Source of the DNA: Octopus bimaculoides
Lineage: Eukaryota
NCBI RefSeq assembly: GCF_001194135.2
Contig: NC_068994.1
Location: forward strand, 36,371,767-36,435,766
Direction of reading: 5' to 3'
Length of the DNA: 64,000 nt
Under the pieces are notes generated by a model. It made no database searches and had not been told where the DNA came from. It was given only the letters and a program-made list of their open reading frames with translations. How positions within the stretch are numbered: the first letter of the stretch is position 1; every line of letters begins with the position of its first letter. The translations under genes were made by a program, and so were the position numbers. This document shows positions 55,243-64,000 of the stretch, piece by piece.

Positions 55243-56152
55243 TCACCCTGTGCACGTAAGTGAAGGCAAGGTATAGTAATCACTTGTCTTAGTCTGCTTG
55301 TCTGTGTATTTGCAAAATTACTAGAAATGGCTGAACAGATTTTCACCAAATTTGGCAGAAATACTCATTGGGTGAGTGGCTCGAAATGATGCCAATTTGG
55401 TTTCATTATCTTCAAAACATACATAAATACATACATAGATATGTAACTTTGTGTGTGTGTACAGTGATAAATTCAAGGGTTTCATTTATTTACGAGTTGA
55501 TTCCTTAATTTCACTGGCATATGAATACTTTATAACGGTGATACTTAAGAAAAATACAAAATTGAACTTACAAGTTTCCCAATAAGCAAGTGATCATATT
55601 ATTTATATCCTGCAATGAACTACAGTAGAGTTGATTCACTTGCCACCATTGAAAGACATTCAAAACACAATTCAAATTCTATGCAATATTTTCTATAAGT
55701 ACTTCATTTTGTTCACTTTTTTTTCATATGAATCAAGCCTCATTTGTGTGTGTATATAGATCATGGTGTATCTATGTGTGTAGACACGTGGGTACATACA
55801 TACCTGCATTCATAAATACATACATAGATATGCGACTGTGTGTGCGTGTGTGTGTGTGTGTGTGCGCACGTGTGTGTGTGTGTGTAAGTGCATATGTGTG
55901 TACAGTGATGGATTTGAGAGTTCCATTTATCTACGAGTTGATTTCTTAATTCAAATGAGTATAAATATCTATAATGGTGATACTTAAAAAAAAATCTATT
56001 TTAAAAATTGAACTTACAAATTTCCTGATAAGCAAGTTTAGTCAAACACTTACAAAGCTTAATTTAGTTCAATTAAAAAGTATAAGTAAGTATAATTTGT
56101 GAGAAATTTCTATTTGCATGCAGGGTATGCATCGCCCCGCTGATGCCTTTGT
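55243..56152 (+). mobile_element. non-autonomous Helentron-type element (HINE/DINE-1-like)
   Basis: 5' ACCCTG (55245), nearby AAGGTAT, GTCT-rich tract, GGCTGAACAGATTTTCACCAAATTTGGC, 3' CAGGGTAT (56121), hairpin GCATC-N8-GATGC (56129-56146), then a T-rich end. Confidence 0.6.
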
Positions 56153-56182
56153 TTCATTATTATTAGCATCATTATTATTATT

Positions 56183-57395
56183 AAGGTAGCAAGCTGGTTG
56201 AGCTATTAGCATGCCAAGTAAAGTGCTTAGCAGCATTTCATGTCTTTACATTCTGAGTTCAAATGCTGCTGATGTCAACTTTGCCTTTCATCCTTTTGGG
56301 GTGGATAAAATAAGTACCAGTATATCACCAGGGTCAATATAATTGATTTACCCACTTCTCTAAAATTGCTGCCAAAATTTGAAACCATCATTATTACTAT
56401 TATTAACAAAATAACATGCTGGCAGAGCCATTAGCATGCCAAGCAAAATCCTTTGTGGCGTTTCACTCATCTTTACATTCTGTGTTCAAATTCTGCCATG
56501 GTTGATTTTGTCTTTTATCCTTTTGGGGTTGGGTTGATAAAATAAGTACCAGTTGGGAATCGACTTACCCACTCCCTCAAAATTGCTGGTCTTGTGCCAA
56601 AAATTGAAATCAGTTATTATTACTATTATTAGAACAATAGATTGACAGAATTGCTAGAGCATCAGAAATGTCTTGTAATATTTCCTCTAACTACTTTACT
56701 TTCTGAGTTCAAATCCCGCTGACGTAAACTTTGCTTTTCACTGTTGCATGGTCAGTGAAATAAAATTCCAGTCAGGTTGTTGGGGTTGATTTGATCAACC
56801 CCCCACTTCTTAAAATTACAGGTTTCATGCCTAAATTAGGAACAATTAACCTCATAATTTTTATTAGCCAATGGATTGGCAGAATCATTAAACAGTTGAA
56901 CAAAATGCCATACAGTATTTCTGCTAGCTCTTTATGTTTTGAGTTCAGATTCTGCTAAGGTCAACTTTGACATTTATCCTTCAGGGTTGATAAAAAAAGT
57001 AGCAGTTTAGTACTGGAGGTCAATGTCATTGACTAGCCCCATCCTCAAATATGCTAGCCTTTTACCTAAATTAGCAACAATATTGTAATGTGATGAGCTT
57101 CAAATCTTGTAGTCAACTTTGCCTTTCATCCTTTCTGTATATAGAAAGTATGAAGTAAGTACTAGGGTCAGTAATCTCAACACACCCCTCCCACCACCTC
57201 TCATAATTACAGGCCTTGCACCTAAAATGGAAACCATTGTGCTGGCAGAATCATTAGCATGCTGGGAAAAACATTTAACAGTATTTTGTCTGGCTTTATG
57301 TTTCAAGTTCAAATTCTGCTGTGGTCGACTGGGGTTGATGTGATCAACAAGCTCCATTCCTCAGAATTACAGGCCTTGTGTCCATAACAGACAGG
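56183..57395 (+). mobile_element. head-to-tail array of ~6 (TTA)-tailed SINEs
   Basis: Units at ~56183, ~56410, ~56632, ~56870, ~57085 (partial), ~57240 (internally deleted). Confidence 0.9.
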
Positions 57396-57419
57396 ATTAT
57401 TATTATTATTATTATTTAT

Positions 57420-57980
57420 TACTATTATTGAGTGAGAGAGAGAGCAATGCAAGCCATCAAAGTGACACTGGGGAACAAATATATGATGCCCATCATGACT
57501 ACCTGTCTGATTAGGGTACACCAGGCACATGCATCACAACCATATGTGCACAACATGGTGACCTTGTATTAACATGTTGACCTTCTAACAACACAGGTGC
57601 AGTCCAGCTAGAATTTTCTCCAGGTTGAGTAGCCCATCCTGCTCAAAAGGTCCCTGAATAAGGGTTGTTTAAGGATGTTGGACGAAACACCCATGTTTCC
57701 AAAGGTGAATTATTCAAACCACAAAGAATTCCTCTCAACACATGGCTATGATGCTCTCCGACTACTTCTGCTCATGATCAAAGATGCACATATTGTCAGT
57801 GCCAAGGGACATGCTCAACTGGTTAAGGTCAAACAGCTGACAAGCAAATCTGTGGTATTGAACAAAATATTTGCTGTAGCCTATCTTTTATACGTTGACA
57901 AAACATGTACATGTTAACATTTTCAATCAGTTAAGATCAGAAGCTATGAGAACCAGTGCCTGGTACTGCATCAGGACATC
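57420..57980. mobile_element. unclassified probable interspersed repeat between microsatellite tracts
   Basis: Relatively GC-rich block bounded by (TTA)n on the left and (CAT)n(TTA)n on the right. No second copy in the window and no recognised peptide. Confidence 0.45.
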
Positions 57981-58009
57981 ATCATCATCATCATCATTAT
58001 TATTATTAT

Positions 58010-58290
58010 TTTAATCTGCATGTTTATTACAATCACTTACCGAGACACACCCAGCATCCTAGGGCGAGTGAACAATAAGAGATGTTACAACTGAAAGCTT
58101 GGAGAGAGGAAGCGGCAGTGGCAGTAGTGAAATATGTTCATGTAGTATGACACATACATTTAAATGGATAGGGTTTTTCTGAGGATGTGGGCAGTATTTG
58201 TCTGCACAATCTTTTGGATTTCTCTCTGACATAGTTCTCCTGGGATATTATCTAGATGTTTCTGACATCCCTTTCTTATAATACCTATTT
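58010..58290 (-). mobile_element. R4/Dong-clade 3' terminal fragment
   Basis: IGIIRKGCQKHLDNIPGELCQREIQKIVQTNTAHILRKTLSI* (stop 58162-58160) matches the typical RLE-element C-terminus EIQK.VL.GTAHILRK. Followed by a 3'UTR and a (TAA)n tail on its own strand. Confidence 0.85.
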
Positions 58291-58291
58291 G

Positions 58292-58301
58292 ATTATTATT
58301 A

Positions 58302-58383
<82 letters not shown>

Positions 58384-58400
58384 CATCATCATTATTATTG
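58292..58400. repeat. (TTA)n microsatellite
   Basis: Direct read. Confidence 0.97.
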
Positions 58401-58404
58401 TTTA

Positions 58405-58622
58405 TGTAGGTGGAAAATGGGCAGAATCATTAGCATGCTGTACAAAATGCTTAGTGGTAATTTGTCTGGCTTTACATTCTGAGTTCAAATTCTGCCAAGG
58501 TTAACTTTGCCTTTCATCCTTCCAGAGACAATAAAATAAGTAGCATATGAGTACAGAAGTCAATGTACTCGACTACCCAGTTCCCTAAAATTCCAGGCCT
58601 TGTGCCTATAGTAGAAAGGATT
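58405..58622 (+). mobile_element. (TTA)-tailed SINE
   Basis: GGCAGAATCATTAGCATGC...GAGTTCAAATTCTGCC...CTTTGCCTTTCATCC...GGCCTTGTGCCTATAGTAGAAAGG. Confidence 0.9.
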
Positions 58623-59296
58623 ATTATTGTTATTTTTGTTCTCATTGTTGTTGTTGCCATTTATGATTTAGATAAAATACGTATAATATACAAAGACAAA
58701 TACTTGACTAAAAGATAATAGATATGAACTATACATAATGGTTCCAACATGCATACAAATTTAACTTAGACAGATGTAAGACTGTCTACGTGAACCTATA
58801 ATATATGTTCATACACACATATTATGTGTATATAGCCATGTTTGTATGTGTGTGTGAAAGCAAGAAATGTTAAAATGACACATACCTTTGAATTTAAGAT
58901 TTTTCTCTCTTTGTCTATATTTTGTCTTTCAGTTGGTTGAGTACAGGAACTTTCAGGTATATCCAATTTTATTGTTTGTTTAGCAGAAGAATTTATATTC
59001 ATTGTCTTACTATTTTGTAATAAGTGTCTTTGAAGATCTGTTATTGAACTATATATATGTTGTGTGTGTTTATGTTTGTGTGCATATATGTATGCATAAG
59101 CATGTATATATGTATATCCTAGGGGAAATAAATATAGAATACTATATTCATTGCTTTGTATTTACTTGTGTTGATCACGTGAAAAATCCATCACTTTAAT
59201 TATGGTAAATATAGAAGTTTGGTTTTTATCAAATTCTCTTGTATTATGATTCAATGAAATTGTACATAAGTATGTTGGGATTTATGATTTTAGAGT

Positions 59297-59302
59297 TTTA
59301 TT
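59297..59302 (-). terminator. candidate polyadenylation signal AATAAA
   Basis: Canonical hexamer about 210 nt after the stop at 59514. The context is AT-rich, so it may be chance. Confidence 0.3.
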
Positions 59303-59513
59303 AAATTCTGTGTTATGGCATCCAAGTGGTTTTATCTTATTGAAAATTCTGGGTGTCATTATTCTCGTTTGATCAACAAACTCTTTCTTGATATTTTTGA
59401 AGCATTATGGTTTGAAAATTAGTTTTCAATAAAGTTGATTGTATGCAAATTCTTCATTTTGAAATATTACAAGAATTCACAAAACATTTCTCCAGGAGTT
59501 GTAATGTAGCACA

Positions 59514-59737
59514 TTATGAAAATGGAACTTTCGGTAGAGGTTTGTTATATGCTGTAAAACTGTTTCTTGTTGGCAAATTCCAAGGAAGAGGTTGGTTAAG
59601 ATTAGCTTTATTGTCTACTTGTGTTGACTTTAAGTTTATAATATTTGTGGTTTTAGAATCCTTAGCTCTGCTGATAGAGTATGGCAAAGACTTATTGCTT
59701 CTAGCATACATTTGTTCTTGGATGTAAGTTTTAAGGC
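59514..59737 (-). CDS. terminal coding exon, protocadherin-like cytoplasmic tail
   Basis: Long polypyrimidine tract ending ...CCTTTCTCTGCTGCAG then GC CTT AAA. The phase-1 start completes the G left by the upstream exon. 73 open codons (LKTYIQEQMYARSNKSLPY...NKPLPKVPFS) then TAA. The ORF track 59514-59711 is the same frame. Confidence 0.82.
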
Positions 59738-60383
59738 CTGCAGCAGAGAAAGGAAAAATAAGAAAGATGAAAAGAAATGTTAGCTATAATTTTTAACTAT
59801 TTTCACTATTTTTATCAGAGAAAATAAATTTGCTATTGAACACGTTATTAGCTGTGAATATTTTCGAAATAGTGCAATATATTTCAGAGAGAGAGAGAGA
59901 GAGAGAAAGGAAGTTGAGATTTGATAAATTGAGAGACATAAACTGATAGATAGAGAATTGTTACTTCTTTTGATAAAGGTATGCTATGATTGTATAGCAT
60001 TACTATAGGCTATAGTTGTACATAAGACAGCAAGGCCTAGGGTGGTATTCCCAATTCATCAGTAGCCAGCGGCTTAAAGTTCATTAATAGGTCATATCCC
60101 TGGTGACGAGAAAAGTTGTCTTGCAGCTGTGTGAGTGTATGCAGTTTCTCACAGAGGTTGAGTTAACAATTACAAACTCTAGATGAATGAGTAGCTAGCA
60201 GTATCCATCAATAGAGAAACTGAACTATCCTTTTGTTGCCACCAGAGCTATGCCCTATTAATGAACCTCTTGCCACTGGTGATAACCTGGAAATATCACC
60301 CTAGGTTTTGGTGGCCCAGGCAGAATTGCAGAATATATACTTCCTGTCGTCTCTAGCGAGATTATTGCCTATCCAGCATACTG

Positions 60384-61045
60384 TGGAGTCGTCCCATAAA
60401 TAATGCGATTTTTTTCACTTGCATGATCTAAAAAACGGAGTGAGGTGGGATAAACTAACTGCATCGACTTACTATAAAAGCTGGTCTTCGTCCATATAGG
60501 GTGTTCTTATCTATTTGGTGGGATATGAAAAGTTTAGTCCATTTTGAACTTTTAAACCCAAACCAAATGATAACAAAGAGATCTACTGTGAGCAGCTTGA
60601 GCAGCTTAAGTTAGTACTAGAAGGAAAATGATCATCTTTGGTTTCAAGACGAAAGGTGTTTTTCCATCAGGATAATGCTTGACCATAAACAGCAAGGATG
60701 ACATTCCAAAGGCTGGAGTAGTTTGAATGAGAAACGATTCCCCAACTACAGTATTTGCCAGACATTAACCCATCTAATTATCATTTATTCTGCAGTTTTC
60801 AAAATCATTTAGACAGAAAAAATAGGAATTCTGTAGACGAGGTCAGAACAGTACTGGAGGAGTATTTTTCATTATAGACAAGTGAATTTTGGAAGAGGGG
60901 CCTTGCAAGTGTACCAGGTAGATGGAAGAGCATTGTACAAAATGAAGGAGAGTATTTTTTTAGATTAAAAAAGAACTTTGTTTATCTTAATTTTGAAAAA
61001 TAAAAGTTGTATAAAAAAAACTGCATTATTTATGGGATGACCCAA
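60384..61045 (+). mobile_element. mariner, 5'-internally deleted, within the intron
   Basis: TIR match GTCGTCCCATAAATAATGC (60388) with GCATTATTTATGGGATGACCCAA-TA (ends 61045). Peptides VFLSIWWDMK (60501), FHQDNA (60662), YLPDINPSNYHLF (60752), RWKSIVQNEGEYF. Confidence 0.92.
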
Positions 61046-62294
61046 TATATATTTTATTGACAATTTTATTCCAGAATAGATACGTAACTGAAATTAAGAA
61101 CCAACTAGATAATTAATCAATAATTAATTAGATGATGATGATTAAGTCAGGTTTGATCACAAGTCACAATTATATATTTAAACTTAATATGAACGCAGAT
61201 AGACAGAACAGAATAAGCAAGGCAAAGGATCAAACATTAGAATAATGTGATAGGCAAGAAATACAAGAACATAGTATCCATGAGGAATATTTAAACTACC
61301 AGATAATTAATGTATATAAAATGAAATAAGATGTTTTCAGATAAATGAGGAGAAAACAAATTATTTGCACCATTGCATGAGCAAAAAGGAAGAAATGAAA
61401 GAAATACTTAATTTCTTGAACATGAATGTATGCACTGTAAAGGTAGTAATGAAAGGAAGATACAAATGTTTTATAGAGAGTATTCTTGATTAGACAAGTG
61501 CCAGTTTCGAAAAACCAATTAAAATTTCATTCAGTAGAACTGTACAATTCATAGATTAAATGTGACAGTGTAGCAGCCTCATTTGTATCCTGCCACCCCA
61601 AGTAACTATTATTCACTTTGTATTGCTATCAATGAGACTCACTTGAATTTGTTTTCTTTGCAATGTATTCTTTTCTTTTATCACTTTATCATTTGGAATT
61701 TGAAATAAGAGTTCTCATAGGTGTTGCAAGGCTCAATTACTGAGGCGTGAAATCACACTTTGTGTTCATTCAATTGCTTTCCTTTGTAACAGTCCAATTA
61801 ATCTCCCATTTAATGCTAAAATTAATCAAGTCATTTAAGGGGAAACTTTCAATTTAATATCTTTTAATAGATTTGCTTCTCTTGGAAGAAGAGATCTAAT
61901 TGCAAATTCCAACTTTTGGTTCTTAAATTAAATACATTAAGAAATGTAAGAAATCAATTTAAATGCATTGATAATGTCCTTGGGAAGTGTATAAAGATTG
62001 TAACATCCCATTTCTCCACTCCTAAAATGCATGAGTTTGGTTTGCTTAAAAAAGAAAAAGAAAAAAAAAAGAAAAGAAATGAAAAACCCAACCAATATTT
62101 TATTTATGTTATGCATAGTCAGTGGTTAAACTGTATCAGAAAGTTGATATCTGCTACCTAAGAAAGATATACTGCAGTTATTTTGTTACCTTCCTTAATC
62201 TCATGGTAGTATTTAATCCCCAAAGCACAAGTTAATGAAGCACTCATCACCTCAACTGTCTCTTTGCTGATAACAGCATTGAACTGCACCCTTC

Positions 62295-62402
62295 ATCATC
62301 ATCATCATCATCGTTTAACGTCTGCTTTCCATGCTAGCATGGGTTGGACGATTTGACTGAGGACTGGTGAAACCGGATGGCAACACCAGGCTCCAGTCTG
62401 AT
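62295..62402 (-). mobile_element. 3' fragment of RTE-tail SINE in the intron
   Basis: CATCATCATCGTTTAACGTCTGCTTTCCATGCTAGCATGGGTTGGACGATTTGACTGAGG. Confidence 0.88.
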
Positions 62403-62534
62403 TGTGCCTATTTATAGCTGAGGTTAGTATTTGTAAAAGGATACAACTCTCCAATTAGTGCATTGAGAATGAAAACATTTTAAACAAAGTCTCTTTTATT
62501 TTTGAAAGCATAAACATATACAAAAATAACTTAC

Positions 62535-62712
62535 CTGGTAATGTTTCATAGTGAGCAGTGCTTGCTTCACTGCAGCCATGTCCACTGTCAGTTACAGAAG
62601 ACATTGTTGACATCTCACTGAAACGGTCAGGAGACATAACCATATGTTGTTGATCTTTGCCGATGAAACGTGTTACTGAGAATTCTTGAGGGTTACCATG
62701 CATCAAGTTACC
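62535..62712 (-). CDS. internal coding exon, protocadherin-like cytoplasmic domain (CM1-like DSGHG motif)
   Basis: Acceptor TTTTGTTCTGATTGACACAG then GGT, donor CCAG then GTAAGT; 178 nt, phase 0 to 1. Peptide GNLMHGNPQEFSVTRFIGKDQQHMVMSPDRFSEMSTMSSVTDSGHGCSEASTAHYETLP-G. SSVTDSGHGCSE resembles the delta-protocadherin CM1 motif (DSGHGDS). Exon status is well supported; the family call is from motif recall only. Confidence 0.8.
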
Positions 62713-63454
62713 CTGTGTCAATCAGAACAAAAGTCGATTTCTTTTGAGAAAAAACAAACTCAATAATCATATAGAAAATACTTTGGATGACTTGGCAAAT
62801 CCCAATATATGTTAACACCCTGCAGGAGTAAAGCTGGATTTAAACTTAGACCATGAAAAGATGTTACTAAATACCCCTAACCCTGTGGGTTTCAACAAAC
62901 ATGAAAATATGAAAACATAAGTCATCAAATATATATCATAAACACTGAAACTGTGTATTAAAACAAAGCCCAAAGGTGTATAAAACATTAAAAAAAAAAA
63001 GAAGCAATTATCAGTGCCTTTTTTTTACTTACTGCTCTCTAAGTTAAAAATCTGTTACATATTTGACTAGTTTTAATACAAGAATAAGAATTACACTTTG
63101 GCCATTGTAGAAATATTAATTCAACTGAACATTATATTTCAGTAAATGAGAAATATCACTGGTTTTATATCTACTCTGTCCCTCTTGGCATGGGTTAGAC
63201 AAGACTTGTTGATGCAATATTCTACAGCCACATGCCTTCCTTTCTTGTTTTACAATTAAGGTATTTATTCCCATGCTTTCCCATACAGAGTGACTCAATG
63301 ACTAGACCTGTTTTAATAGCAAGTGTAAATAATGTCTCTGATTACGTAGTGGTATTGCATTATGCTTTAAGTGCATAAACAATGCCAGGACATAGGAAGA
63401 CATGATCACATGCGGTAGGCTTTAATACAGTTTTCATCTACTAAATTTCATTCA

Positions 63455-63821
63455 TTAAACATTGGTCAACCTGAGGCTATAGTAAATGGCACTTGCCCAT
63501 GGTGCCATGGAGCAGGGATGAACCTGAAACAATATCATTTCAAAGCCACCTGCTTAACCACACAGACATGTCTGCACTTGAAATACCTTAAAAAAATTTC
63601 AACAAACCACTGTTAATTATTCAAATAATCAAACCCAGGACTTATTCTTTGTAAGCCTAGTACTTATTTATTGGTCCCTTTTGCTGAACGGCTAAGTTAT
63701 AAATGCACCAAAATTGGTCGTCAAGCAATAGTGGGGGGACAAAAACTCACACACACACACACACACACACACNNNNNNNNNNACCAAAATTGGTCGTCAA
63801 GCAATAGTGGGGGGACAAAAA

Positions 63822-63883
<62 letters not shown>

Positions 63884-64000
63884 CGACAGGCTTCTTTCAG
63901 TTTCTTTCTACCAAATCTACTCACAAGGCTTTGGTCGGCCCGAGGCGAAAGCAGAAAACACTTGCCCAAGGTGTCATGCAGTGGGACTGAACCCAGAACC
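63455..64000 (-). mobile_element. tRNA-head SINE copies with internal (CA)/(TA) tracts, one across a gap
   Basis: CACTTGCCCAAGGTGTCATGCAGTGGGACTGAACCCAGAACC at the window end and CACTTGCCCATGGTGCC at ~63490. Confidence 0.88.
63773..63782. other. 10-N assembly gap with duplicated flank
   Basis: 63707-63772 is repeated immediately after the gap. Confidence 0.95.

Noticed and set aside
53915-57395. CRISPR-like regular periodicity
   Set aside because: Units are ~200-bp SINEs with microsatellite spacers in eukaryotic DNA, with no short identical repeats separated by unique spacers.
59443-59727. 94-aa plus-strand ORF
   Set aside because: It is the antisense shadow of the minus-strand terminal exon.
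63033-63066. Candidate upstream exon with donor GCA/GTAAGT
   Set aside because: Stops in all three frames.
63707-63858. Tandem duplication of a SINE segment
   Set aside because: Identical copies flank a 10-N gap, so it is most likely an unmerged contig overlap.

Overview
AT-rich, microsatellite-dense animal genomic DNA with three assembly gaps (377-843, 40586-40756, 63773-63782). The repeat landscape (tRNA-derived SINEs with TTA, GAT or TA tails, RTE and R4/Dong LINE relics, mariner relics) points to a coleoid cephalopod, probably an octopus; this is inferred, not verified. The only well-supported host-gene coding sequence is a pair of minus-strand exons, 62712-62535 and 59737-59514. They have strong splice sites and matching phase, and join into a 133-aa C-terminal tail containing SSVTDSGHGCSE, which resembles the CM1 motif of protocadherin cytoplasmic domains. 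The other ~59 kb is intergenic or intronic and mostly decayed mobile DNA. Most ORFs in the supplied track are microsatellite, gap or repeat artefacts. Main points for follow-up: (i) the protocadherin-like tail exons, possibly shared constant exons; (ii) a tRNA-headed element carrying an inverted pair of hammerhead-like cores, as in Penelope-like elements; (iii) head-to-tail SINE arrays spaced by (TTA)n and interleaved with R4/Dong fragments of consistently opposite polarity; (iv) a ~680-bp foldback palindrome; (v) a Helentron-type non-autonomous element.
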